A stretch of 64,000 nucleotides of DNA, taken from NCBI GenBank assembly GCA_964650515.1, contig CAZYUB010000001.1:65726-129725 (forward strand), read 5' to 3'. The notes beneath the pieces are model-generated. The model searched no databases and had not been told where the DNA came from. It saw only the letters and a program-made list of their open reading frames with translations. Of this stretch, positions 32,746 through 41,433 are shown piece after piece. The position numbers were made by a program, and so were the translations under genes. This DNA comes from an uncultured Planctomycetia bacterium (GTDB taxonomy: Bacteria > Omnitrophota > Gorgyraeia > Pluralincolimonadales > Pluralincolimonadaceae). Each line of letters begins with the position of its first letter. Positions within the stretch are counted from its first letter, which is position 1.

Positions 32746-34607
32746 CACTGACCTCCTGTCAATTTTATCAGTATCATTATCGCAAGGCCGAAGAACGCTA
32801 TTAGGATATAATTTTGGACGAAACCGGTCTGGAGCCGGCGGAATACCGCGGAACAGAGCCATGTTATATTCGCGGCCATGTTCACTATGCCGTCTACGAT
32901 ATAAAGGTCAAACCAGTACTGAATCCTGCCGGATACGGCCGAAAGATATGCGGTAAGGTTCACCGCGCCGTCGACTACCTTCGAATCGAACGCGGCGGCG
33001 ATGTCCGCTAACCGCATGCTCGGCCTTATTATGAGCGCGTCGTATATCTCGTCCACATAGTACTTGTTCGATATGAGCTTATACAGGAAAGCGAACCTCG
33101 AGCGCAGGGGAGCAGGGAGTATCTTGTTATCAAGTATGTAGAATACATACGCTGCGCCTATACCCGCGGCGGATATCGCTATAGATATGCCCATCATAAG
33201 GGGTTCGAGTTTTACCGGCCTGAAGAAACCCGCGAATACCGAGAATGCCGCCAGTATGCCAAGCGGTACGGTCATTACGGCAGGCGACTCGTGAGCGTGC
33301 AGTTCCGAGCGCGGCTTGCCGAACAGCACGACGAATATCAGGCGGAACATATAAAATGCCGTGAGCAGGCTCGTCACTGCGGCAATGCCGAACAGGACCG
33401 GGTGGCCTTCCCTGAGGATCTCGGAGAGGATCTCGTCCTTCGACCAGAACCCCGACAGCGGCGGAACGCCTGCGATCGCGAGCGCGCCTATTATGAAAGT
33501 CCATCCGGTGGCCTTCATCTTCCCGAGCAGGCCGCCCATCTTGAATATGTCCTGCGTATGGACCGCGTGTATGACACTTCCGGCACAGAGGAAGAGCAGG
33601 GCCTTGAAGAACGCGTGCGTCATGAGATGGAATGTGCCGCCGTCGTAGCCGCCGACGCCGAGCGCGAGCATCATAAAGCCCAGCTGGCTTATCGTAGAGT
33701 AAGCTAGTATGCGCTTAATGTCGTTATTTACCGTCGCGATGGTTGCCGCCATGAACGCGGTTATGGCACCAATATATGCTACCCAGATTAGCGAAGAATG
33801 GTGCGCCAGGAACAGCCCGTAGGTACGCGCGACGAGGTATACGCCCGCGGCCACCATCGTCGCCGCGTGTATGAGGGCCGAGACCGGCGTCGGGCCTTCC
33901 ATCGCGTCGGGAAGCCATACATGCAGCGGGAATTGCGCCGATTTGCCTACAGCGCCGCAGAATATGAGCAACGCGATGATTGTCAGCAGGGAGTCGTTAA
34001 TCCCGAGGTTGCCGAGGTCCCTGAAATAGAGCGTCTTTGTGGCGGAGAACAGCAGCAGTATCCCTATCAGCAGGCCCGTATCGCCTATCCTGGTGGTTAT
34101 GAACGCCTTCATACCGGCCCTGGCGGCAGCCGGCCGCTCGAACCAGAAAGATATGAGCAGGTACGAGCAAAGGCCCACGCCTTCCCAGAATATATAGAGC
34201 ATCACGAAATTGTCGGAGAGCAGAAGGCCCAGCATCGAGCCCATGAACAGCGACATATAGGCGAAGAACCTCGAAAAACGCCCGTCGTCGCGCATGTACC
34301 CTATGGAATATATCTGTATGAGGGTTCCTACGACGGTCACGACCATCAGCATCATGCACGACAACGGGTCCACCGTGACGCCGAAATCGAGGGAGATGCC
34401 GCCGAACGAAAGCCAGCGGCCTACCATATATGAACCTTCGCCGAAGCGCGAGTTCCCGATGAAGGTCATCGCGGCGATGGCAAGCGATATGAAGGAGGCG
34501 CCTATCGAGACGAGTGCCGCCGATTTCTTGAGCCTGCGCCCGAAGAGGATATTCACCGCGAAGGCAGCAAACGGGAATAAGGGTATAAGGTGCGCGTATC
34601 TTACCAT
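32745..34607 (-). CDS. nuoL: NADH-quinone oxidoreductase subunit L
   Basis: 620 aa antiporter-like subunit with a long C-terminal amphipathic extension. Confidence 0.9.
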   Translation of the reverse strand: MVRYAHLIPLFPFAAFAVNILFGRRLKKSAALVSIGASFISLAIAAMTFIGNSRFGEGSYMVGRWLSFGGISLDFGVTVDPLSCMMLMVVTVVGTLIQIYSIGYMRDDGRFSRFFAYMSLFMGSMLGLLLSDNFVMLYIFWEGVGLCSYLLISFWFERPAAARAGMKAFITTRIGDTGLLIGILLLFSATKTLYFRDLGNLGINDSLLTIIALLIFCGAVGKSAQFPLHVWLPDAMEGPTPVSALIHAATMVAAGVYLVARTYGLFLAHHSSLIWVAYIGAITAFMAATIATVNNDIKRILAYSTISQLGFMMLALGVGGYDGGTFHLMTHAFFKALLFLCAGSVIHAVHTQDIFKMGGLLGKMKATGWTFIIGALAIAGVPPLSGFWSKDEILSEILREGHPVLFGIAAVTSLLTAFYMFRLIFVVLFGKPRSELHAHESPAVMTVPLGILAAFSVFAGFFRPVKLEPLMMGISIAISAAGIGAAYVFYILDNKILPAPLRSRFAFLYKLISNKYYVDEIYDALIIRPSMRLADIAAAFDSKVVDGAVNLTAYLSAVSGRIQYWFDLYIVDGIVNMAANITWLCSAVFRRLQTGFVQNYILIAFFGLAIMILIKLTGGQ

Positions 34608-34906
34608 TTCAGTATGTTCATCTTTTCCGTGAAGATCGTTTTCATGTTCCTGTAAACCGCTATGACCAGCACAAGCCCTATCACCGCGGAAGCGGCGGCT
34701 ATCGCCATGACAAACAGCGCGAAGACCTGCCCAAGCGTCCCGTTCCCGATGAATTTATTGAACGTTATGAGATTAATGTTCGCGGCGTTTAATATCAGCT
34801 CTATCGACATCAATATCCCGATCGCCGTCCTGCGTGTCAACGCACCGTAAAGGCCCGTCGCGAAGAGGACCGCGCCCAATATAAGGAAATGGCTCTGGGG
34901 TATCAT
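34601..34906 (-). CDS. nuoK: NADH-quinone oxidoreductase subunit K
   Basis: 101 aa three-helix membrane protein. LILGAVLFATGLYGALTRR N-terminus. Confidence 0.85.
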   Translation of the reverse strand: MIPQSHFLILGAVLFATGLYGALTRRTAIGILMSIELILNAANINLITFNKFIGNGTLGQVFALFVMAIAAASAVIGLVLVIAVYRNMKTIFTEKMNILKW

Positions 34907-35469
34907 TGTTTTTTGGCCTTTCCTATGACTATCGCGCCGACGAGCGCGGCGAGCAGTATGAGTGAGATGAACTCGAACGGAAGCGCGTATGCGGACATGA
35001 GCGCGCGCCCGATATTCTCCAGCCCGGGCGCCTCGGCCGAAGCCGCGCCTTCAGAAGCGGTTTTCCACGGCGCGCCGCTGATAATGAATATAAAGAAAGA
35101 CAAAATAGCCGCGGTCACGGCGGCCGACACCAGGACCTGCCTGTTCGCCTGCCTTATCGAGCGGTCCTCGATGTTGGACGTCAGCATAATCGCGAATATG
35201 AATAGCGTGACGATAGCGCCTACGTATATGAGCACCTGGACTATCGCGAGGAACTCCGCGTTCAGGAAGAGGTAGACCCCCGCGACGCAGAAGAGGCAAA
35301 GCGCGAGCGAGACCGCGCAATGGAATATATTGCGCATGGCCACGACGCCGAACGCGAAGACGCAGGCAAGTCCCGCTATCACATAGAAGGAGGCCTGCAC
35401 GACGAAATCCCGCGGCAGCCCGTAATTGCTTACGATATCACTTAACTGTCGGATGAGCCCATTCATCAT
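34903..35469 (-). CDS. nuoJ: NADH-quinone oxidoreductase subunit J
   Basis: 188 aa membrane protein. Operon position supports the call. Confidence 0.8.
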   Translation of the reverse strand: MMNGLIRQLSDIVSNYGLPRDFVVQASFYVIAGLACVFAFGVVAMRNIFHCAVSLALCLFCVAGVYLFLNAEFLAIVQVLIYVGAIVTLFIFAIMLTSNIEDRSIRQANRQVLVSAAVTAAILSFFIFIISGAPWKTASEGAASAEAPGLENIGRALMSAYALPFEFISLILLAALVGAIVIGKAKKQ

Positions 35470-35836
35470 ATTTGTTTGTACCCAAAAGGTCTATGTGCAG
35501 TTTATCGTGCCCGTAAACGGCTATCTCGTAGATCTTGTTCATGTATATCGCCTGCGTCGGGCAGGCCTGTTCGCACAGCCCGCAGAAGCAGCACAGCTCC
35601 ATGTTATATTTGAAGTGCCCGAAATCCTTTTTCTTGTCGGCACCCTCCTTCACGGAAAGGTCGAGGCAGGATGTCGGGCATATCTTAACGCACTGGTTGC
35701 ATTTGATGCATTTCTCCGTCCGCAGGTCGACGAGCCCCCTGAACCTTTCGGACATAGGCATCTTCTGCGTCGGGTATTGCAGCGTCACCGGCTTCACGAA
35801 TATGTTCTTCAGCGTCACGAACAGAGCTTTTATCAT
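35438..35836 (-). CDS. nuoI: NADH-quinone oxidoreductase subunit I (2x[4Fe-4S] ferredoxin-like). Start is uncertain, either 35836 or 35851
   Basis: CIKCNQCVKICP and CCFCGLCEQACP cluster motifs. ATGA overlap with the nuoH stop at 35836. Upstream in-frame extension is rejected. Confidence 0.85.
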   Translation of the reverse strand: MIKALFVTLKNIFVKPVTLQYPTQKMPMSERFRGLVDLRTEKCIKCNQCVKICPTSCLDLSVKEGADKKKDFGHFKYNMELCCFCGLCEQACPTQAIYMNKIYEIAVYGHDKLHIDLLGTNKYDEWAHPTVK

Positions 35837-36777
35837 CTCAGTAATACCCATCCCGCTACGGCAAGGTTTGCGAACGATACCGGCGTAAGCACCTTCCACG
35901 CAAAATTCATCAGCTGGTCGACCCTCACCCTCGGCAGCGTCCACCTTATCCACATCATCAGCGTAACGATCCCGTATGTCTTTATTAGGAACCATATTAT
36001 AGGATGCAGGAACGGCCCGTTCCAGCCGCCGAGGAACAGCACCGCTGCCAGAGCCGATATGATGAACATGTTCGTGTACTCGCCGAGGAAGAACATCGCG
36101 AACTTCATCCCCGAGTATTCGGTATGGAACCCCGCCACGAGCTCCGACTCCGCCTCCGGGATGTCGAATGGCGTCCTGTTGACTTCCGCGGTCCCGGCGA
36201 TAAGGAAGATGAGGAACGCGACGGCCATGCTCGGATGGAATACGAACCAGGCGCTCTTCTGCGCCTCAACGATCTTCTGCACGGAGAGCGTGCCGGCGAA
36301 CATCACGGCCGTCACCATCGCCAGTATAAGGGGGATCTCATAGCTGATTATCTGCGCGGCCGACCTCATGCCGCCGAGCAGGGAATATTTGTTGTTCGAG
36401 CCCCATCCGGCCATGAATATCCCGAGGACGCAAAGCGAGGTCATCGCCATGATGTAAAGCACGCCTATATTCAGGTCGTGGCCTATCGGAGCGAATACCA
36501 TTACGGACGGCACTACGGCGAAGAAGGGGGCGGTCCACCAAACGAGCTTATCCGCTCCCGTCGGGGTGATGTTTTCCTTAAGGAGCAGCTTGATGACGTC
36601 CGCGACCGACTGCAGGGCGCCGTGCCAGCCGACGCGCATCGGCCCGTAGCGCGTCTGGATATGCGCCGAGACCTTGCGCTCCCACCATATAAGGAACATG
36701 GCCGATACGGCGATAAACCCGAGGACCATCACGCCTACTATCACCATTATTATGAAGGTCAGTATGGAGACGGTCAT
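35833..36777 (-). CDS. nuoH: NADH-quinone oxidoreductase subunit H
   Basis: WWERKVSAHIQTRYGPMRVGWHG motif. Start is placed at MTVSILTF, adjacent to the nuoD stop. Confidence 0.9.
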   Translation of the reverse strand: MTVSILTFIIMVIVGVMVLGFIAVSAMFLIWWERKVSAHIQTRYGPMRVGWHGALQSVADVIKLLLKENITPTGADKLVWWTAPFFAVVPSVMVFAPIGHDLNIGVLYIMAMTSLCVLGIFMAGWGSNNKYSLLGGMRSAAQIISYEIPLILAMVTAVMFAGTLSVQKIVEAQKSAWFVFHPSMAVAFLIFLIAGTAEVNRTPFDIPEAESELVAGFHTEYSGMKFAMFFLGEYTNMFIISALAAVLFLGGWNGPFLHPIIWFLIKTYGIVTLMMWIRWTLPRVRVDQLMNFAWKVLTPVSFANLAVAGWVLLR

Positions 36778-37898
36778 CTGTCTATCTCCCCCATGACCAC
36801 ATCGAGGCTCCCGAGAACGCATACCGCGTCCGCGATCTTGAGGCCTTTTATCAATTCGGGCAGTACCGAGATATTCGAGAAGGAAGGGGCGCGTATCTTT
36901 AACCTGTACGGCATCGGCGATCCGTCGCTGACTATATAAAACCCGAGCTCGCCGCGTGGGTTCTCGCTCCTCATATATGCCTGTCCGGGCGCCGGCCTGA
37001 ATATCCTGCCCGCCTTGACCGTCGGGTCGCCTTCGGGAATACCCCCGGCGGCCTGCTCGATGATGCGCAGGCTCTGGCGCATCTCCTCCATCCTTACCTT
37101 ATACCTGTCCCATGCGTCGCCGTTGCTGCCGGTCGGGATATCGAAATCGAATTTGTCGTAGCACTCATAGGGCTCATCCTTGCGAAGGTCCCATTTTACC
37201 CCCGAAGCGCGCAGGTTCGGCCCGGTCACCCCGTAGTTGACCGCTTTCTCGGCGGTCAGCGTGCCTATGCCTTTCGTCCTGGCGGTAAATATCCTGTTCG
37301 CGCTGAACATCGCCTCGAGATCATCCAGCTTCGGCCGCATATACGCGACGATCTTCTTTATCTTTTCCCCGGAGCCCGCGGGCAGATCGTGCGATACGCC
37401 GCCTATCCTCATATAATTGTAGGTCAGCCGCTGGCCGCATACAGAATCGAAGAACTCCACTATCTTCTCGCGCTCGCGCATGCCGTAAAAGAGGGGAGTG
37501 GCGAAAGCGCCGAGGTCCTGGGTGAAAGTAGTCACCCCGAAGAGATGGCTCGCTATCCTGTTGAGCTCCGCCATTATGACCCTGATATATTTTGCCCGGT
37601 CATTCGCCTCGATGCCCAGGAGCTTTTCGGCGGCGAGGACATAGGCGAGATTATTGTTCATCGACGCGAGGTAGTCGAGCCTGTCGGTAAAAGGTATGAA
37701 TTGCGTATATGAGCGATTCTCGGCGATCTTCTCGATACTGCGGTGCAGGTAGCCGATATGGACGATACTGTCGACGACCGTCTCGCCGCTGAGCTTGAGC
37801 TCGAGGCGCAGGACCCCGTGGGTGGACGGGTGCTGCGGCCCCATATTCACCCAGAACTCTTCGGTAGTTATGTCTTCCTTAACGGATGTATAGTCCAT
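36774..37898 (-). CDS. nuoD: NADH-quinone oxidoreductase subunit D (49 kDa)
   Basis: NMGPQHPSTHGVLRLELKLSGE N-terminus. Length is 374 aa. Confidence 0.95.
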   Translation of the reverse strand: MDYTSVKEDITTEEFWVNMGPQHPSTHGVLRLELKLSGETVVDSIVHIGYLHRSIEKIAENRSYTQFIPFTDRLDYLASMNNNLAYVLAAEKLLGIEANDRAKYIRVIMAELNRIASHLFGVTTFTQDLGAFATPLFYGMREREKIVEFFDSVCGQRLTYNYMRIGGVSHDLPAGSGEKIKKIVAYMRPKLDDLEAMFSANRIFTARTKGIGTLTAEKAVNYGVTGPNLRASGVKWDLRKDEPYECYDKFDFDIPTGSNGDAWDRYKVRMEEMRQSLRIIEQAAGGIPEGDPTVKAGRIFRPAPGQAYMRSENPRGELGFYIVSDGSPMPYRLKIRAPSFSNISVLPELIKGLKIADAVCVLGSLDVVMGEIDR

Positions 37899-38218
37899 TC
37901 TTCCGGATTCAGTATCCTTCTGAGGTCAGGATGGTTCAGGAATTTCACGCCGAAGAGGTCGAAGACCTCGCGCTCGAGCCAGTCCGCGGACCTCCACAAT
38001 CCCTCGAGGCTTTCGACGGTAAGGTCGCCTTTCAGCCGCGTCCTGATTACCGCGGCGGCGCGGCCCTTCATAGAATAAAAGCTGTATATTAATTCGATAT
38101 GGTCCTTATTATCCACGGCGGTTATGCAGTGCAGGCTGTCGAAGCCCCTGTTGAGCAGGCCGCGCGCGGCTTCAAGCAGGCCGTCCTTGGGTATCTCCAG
38201 GGCTTCAACGTTTGCCAT
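37868..38218 (-). CDS. nuoC: NADH-quinone oxidoreductase subunit C (30 kDa), short form
   Basis: 116 aa. [22 protein letters not shown] is the NuoC signature. The gene is separate, not fused to nuoD. Confidence 0.85.
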   Translation of the reverse strand: MANVEALEIPKDGLLEAARGLLNRGFDSLHCITAVDNKDHIELIYSFYSMKGRAAAVIRTRLKGDLTVESLEGLWRSADWLEREVFDLFGVKFLNHPDLRRILNPEEWTIHPLRKT

Positions 38219-38720
38219 GTCTCTCCTTCATTATCTTTTCCTGCAGCTTCATTATCCCGAAAAGGAGGTTCTCGGGCCTCGGCGGGCAGCCGGGTATGTG
38301 CACGTCGACCGGGATCCCGAGCGCTTCGGTCCCCTTTACGACGGAGTAGGTATCATTATAGAAGATGCCGCCGGATACCGCGCAATTGCCCATCGCGATG
38401 ACGTACTTGGGCTCGGGCATCTGGGCGTAAAGCCGTTTCATGCAGTCGCCCATCTTCACGCATATGGTCCCGGCGACTATCATCACGTCGCATTGCCTGG
38501 GGCTGGCGCGGAAGACGCCGGCGCCGAAACGGTCGATATCGAACCTTGAGGCACCCGTTCCTATCATTTCGATGGCGCAGCAGGCGAGGCCGAAGGTAAG
38601 AGGCCAGAGCGAAGAGGCCTTGCTCCACTTGAGCACGCTTTCGCTCGTCGTCAGGACGAGGTTGCCGCCGGGGAACTTCTCGATCAGGCCCGAAGCAGGT
38701 ATCTTCTCTATTACTGCCAT
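38205..38720 (-). CDS. nuoB: NADH-quinone oxidoreductase subunit B (20 kDa)
   Basis: Start is at [11 protein letters not shown] 38718-38720, overlapping the nuoA stop. Motifs [14 protein letters not shown] and IPGCPP are present. Upstream extension is rejected. Confidence 0.9.
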   Translation of the reverse strand: MAVIEKIPASGLIEKFPGGNLVLTTSESVLKWSKASSLWPLTFGLACCAIEMIGTGASRFDIDRFGAGVFRASPRQCDVMIVAGTICVKMGDCMKRLYAQMPEPKYVIAMGNCAVSGGIFYNDTYSVVKGTEALGIPVDVHIPGCPPRPENLLFGIMKLQEKIMKERHGKR

Positions 38721-39067
38721 TCGAGGGCCCCTTTCTTCCACGCATATATGAGGCCGGCTATCAGGACCGCGATGAATACCATCATCTCGGCGAAAGCAAT
38801 GACGCCCGACTCGCGGAATATGACCGCCCACGGCACAAGGAAGAGTATTTCCACGTCGAACACGACGAAGATAAGCGCGATTATGTAATAACGGACATTG
38901 AATTGTATCCAGGAATTGCCCCTGACCGTCTCGCCGCATTCGTAGCAGGAGTTCTTCGCGGGATTAGGGTCCCGCGGGCGCAGGAACCAGGAGACTATGA
39001 ATGCCCCGGCAACGAAAGCGATGCCGAAGAGTAGAAAAAGGCCTGCGTACCCGTAATCTGCGATCAT
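38711..39067 (-). CDS. nuoA: NADH-quinone oxidoreductase subunit A
   Basis: 118 aa three-helix membrane protein. YECGE motif is present. Confidence 0.85.
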   Translation of the reverse strand: MIADYGYAGLFLLFGIAFVAGAFIVSWFLRPRDPNPAKNSCYECGETVRGNSWIQFNVRYYIIALIFVVFDVEILFLVPWAVIFRESGVIAFAEMMVFIAVLIAGLIYAWKKGALEWQ

Positions 39068-39124
39068 AAGTTAATGCGGCTCCTATGGGATGCAAAACCG
39101 GTCAAAATCTGGCTGGCTCCTGTA

Positions 39125-39154
39125 ATTATACAAAATATCGGCCCATTATGTCAA
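39125..39154 (-). promoter_or_regulatory. sigma70-like promoter of the nuo operon on the minus strand (TTGACA, 18 nt spacer, TATAAT)
   Basis: Reverse complement of 39125-39154 reads TTGACAtaatgggccgatattttgTATAAT. It lies about 60 nt upstream of the nuoA ATG. Confidence 0.5.
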
Positions 39155-39179
39155 AGGTATAAATGCCCAATAAAAAACC

Positions 39180-39207
39180 TTGACAAGCGGCGGGCGTATG
39201 TTATAAT
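39180..39207 (+). promoter_or_regulatory. sigma70 promoter of cspA (TTGACA, 16 nt spacer, TATAAT)
   Basis: Consensus hexamers read directly from the sequence. The promoter lies about 125 nt upstream of the cspA ATG and is divergent from the nuo promoter. Confidence 0.55.
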
Positions 39208-39331
39208 TACTTCCGTAGTAAATAAGATTAGAAATCGTATACCGCAGCGGTTGATGATAACTAACCTTTGCGGTTTTTTTACGACCAGGTCATTATTTAC
39301 TATAATCCAAGAGGAAAGGAGGTAGTAAGTA

Positions 39332-39532
39332 ATGGCTAAGGGCAAGGTAAAGTGGTTCAGCGATCAGAAAGGTTACGGATTCATTACTCCTGAGAACGGC
39401 AAGGATGTGTTTGTTCATCACAGCGCGATCCAGGGTGAAGGTTATAAATCTTTAACCGAGGGACAGGAAGTCCAGTTCGACATCGAGAAGGGTCCCAAGG
39501 GTGAGCAGGCTACGAACGTAGTAAAGCTCTAA
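39332..39532 (+). CDS. cspA: cold-shock protein
   Basis: [16 protein letters not shown] is RNP1 and VFVHHS is RNP2. Length is 66 aa. AAGGAGG RBS precedes the start. Confidence 0.95.
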   Translation: MAKGKVKWFSDQKGYGFITPENGKDVFVHHSAIQGEGYKSLTEGQEVQFDIEKGPKGEQATNVVKL

Positions 39533-39550
39533 TAAGGACGCTAACACGAT

Positions 39551-39588
39551 ATAGGGGGTATCCCAAAAGGATGCCCCCTATTTTTTAT
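39551..39588 (+). terminator. rho-independent terminator of cspA
   Basis: TAGGGGGTATCCcaaaaGGATGCCCCCTA stem followed by TTTTTTATT. Confidence 0.8.
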
Positions 39589-39622
39589 TGAATTTTTTCC
39601 GCAAAAGCGTAAAATACGGGCC

Positions 39623-40147
39623 ATGGCAAAGTTCAAACTCAAGAAGAAGACGCTTATCTATGACGGCAGGATAGTCCGGCTCGTCGTCAGCGACGGCACG
39701 ATAAAGGGCAGGAAGGCCAGGTGGGAGGTAGTCCACCATATCGGCTCGGTGGGCATACTGCCGCTGCTGCCGGGCGGAAAGGTCGTCCTCGTGGAGCAGT
39801 TCCGTTATGCCGTCGGGGAGAAGTTGCTCGAGATACCGGCAGGCACCCTGCATAAAGGCGAAGCGCCACTGTCTGCGGCCCGCAGGGAGATTCGCGAGGA
39901 GATCGGCTATGCCGCGGAAAAGTTCGAAAAGCTCGATATCTTCTACCCCTCTCCGGGGGTAACGGATGAGTTCGTGGTCATATATAAAGCTACCTGGCTG
40001 AAGCCCTCGAGGCTGGAACCCGATTTCGACGAGGACATAAAGGTGAGGACGGTCAAGCTTTCCGACGCCTTGAAATATGTCAGGCAGGGCAGGATAAAGG
40101 ACGCAAAGACGATAATAGCGCTGCTGCTCATTTCGGGGAAAAGATGA
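39623..40147 (+). CDS. Nudix hydrolase (ADP-ribose pyrophosphatase-like)
   Basis: Nudix box GTLHKGEAPLSAARREIREEIG fits Gx5Ex7REUxEExGU. Confidence 0.85.
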   Translation: MAKFKLKKKTLIYDGRIVRLVVSDGTIKGRKARWEVVHHIGSVGILPLLPGGKVVLVEQFRYAVGEKLLEIPAGTLHKGEAPLSAARREIREEIGYAAEKFEKLDIFYPSPGVTDEFVVIYKATWLKPSRLEPDFDEDIKVRTVKLSDALKYVRQGRIKDAKTIIALLLISGKR

Positions 40148-40518
40148 AGGAACGCCTGGATATAACCGGGATACTCGAGAAGATCGCGGAGAAGGACCCG
40201 AGGTATAAGACCGACGCCTACCTCTTTGTGCTCAATGGCCTTACCCACACGGTATCGAGGTTCGAGAAGCCGCGCCATGTCAACGGCAGGGAGCTCTCCG
40301 AAGGGCTCCGCGAATACGCGATAGACCAGTTCGGCCCGCTCGCCCGCACGGTGCTGGAGAGCTGGGGGGTCACGAAGACCGAGGATTTCGGGAACATCGT
40401 ATTTAGCCTCATAAAAGCCAAACTTCTCTCCAAGACGGAAGAGGACTCGATCGATGACTTCAGGGACGTCTTCGAGTTTAAGAAAGCCCTCGATAATACC
40501 GTAAAATACGTCCTATAA
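40144..40518 (+). CDS. conserved hypothetical protein translationally coupled to the Nudix gene
   Basis: ATGA overlap with the Nudix stop. 124 aa helical protein with LFVLNGLTHTVSRF...GRELSEGLREYAIDQFGPLARTVLESWGV. I recognise no family. Confidence 0.45.
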   Translation: MKERLDITGILEKIAEKDPRYKTDAYLFVLNGLTHTVSRFEKPRHVNGRELSEGLREYAIDQFGPLARTVLESWGVTKTEDFGNIVFSLIKAKLLSKTEEDSIDDFRDVFEFKKALDNTVKYVL

Positions 40519-40707
40519 AAAAGCAATTAATTTCGTTTGACCTGCCGATGTATATAATGTATATTTATCGGAGATTCGGGGGATGGGGTAAACGCCAGGA
40601 AAGAACCAATCCTGGCAGAAAAACTCGTTCTTCGAGTCATTTTTTTGTCCATTTTTTTGGCGCGAAATATTGAAGGTTAGCGGAGCGGAGAAAAGCGAGG
40701 CTTAGAA

Positions 40708-41433
40708 GTGGGTAAGAAAGCGTTATCGGTTGTTTTCCTTATTTCGGCTATGCTTGCTTGCGGGAACACCCGCGCAGACGTTACCCTGCAGAATGCAGGG
40801 TTCGAATCCTGGACCGGAGGGTCCCCTGACGGGTGGAATGTATCTACGGTATCCGCCGGCGCAGCAGCGGGCGCGTATTCAATAAGCGATTCCGGAGTTT
40901 ACGTGAATGACGGGGCAAAAAGCGGCATGATCTATTTCTTTTCAAGGCCCAATTTCGGCAGTTTTAACATCGATACCTATATATTTCAGCGCTTGTCCGG
41001 GGCAGAGGCGGGGCAGGCATATACATTCGGTATCAGCAAACGCTGTTCCGTCGGCAGCAACTTTTCGGGCTTAGGAAGCGCTTCGATGGCCGTGGGTATA
41101 GATCCTTACGGAGGCACTGACCCGCTTTCTTCAAATATTATATGGGGCGTCGCCGATTCGACCGGGCTATACGGCCAAGACGCCGCTTTCGTCCCCCTTA
41201 CATCCGAAGCGGTCGCGCAGGGGCCGGGGATAACAGTGTTCCTGAAGAGCAATACACTTGCCCAAACATATCCGGCGGGAGGAAGCGGCCAACCGTACAG
41301 CACGGACCTGTACACGTACGCCTATTTTGATTCGGCGCAAGTCAATCCGGTTCCCGAACCGGCGACGATGCTTCTTTTCAGCGCGGGGCTCGGAGGATTA
41401 CTGATATCGAAGAGGAAAAAGCTTGAGAAATAA
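40708..41433 (+). CDS. PEP-CTERM sorting-domain protein (GTG start)
   Basis: Signal peptide present. C-terminal motif NPVPEPATMLLFSAGLGGLLISKRKK is VPEP plus TM plus a basic tail. The roughly 190 aa body is shared with the C-half of the next gene. Confidence 0.8.
   Translation: MGKKALSVVFLISAMLACGNTRADVTLQNAGFESWTGGSPDGWNVSTVSAGAAAGAYSISDSGVYVNDGAKSGMIYFFSRPNFGSFNIDTYIFQRLSGAEAGQAYTFGISKRCSVGSNFSGLGSASMAVGIDPYGGTDPLSSNIIWGVADSTGLYGQDAAFVPLTSEAVAQGPGITVFLKSNTLAQTYPAGGSGQPYSTDLYTYAYFDSAQVNPVPEPATMLLFSAGLGGLLISKRKKLEK

Noticed and set aside
38720-38939. N-terminal extension of nuoB in the ORF track (MRRDGQGQ...)
   Set aside because: It overlaps nuoA. The conserved NuoB sequence begins at MAVIEK, with ATGA-type coupling to the nuoA stop.
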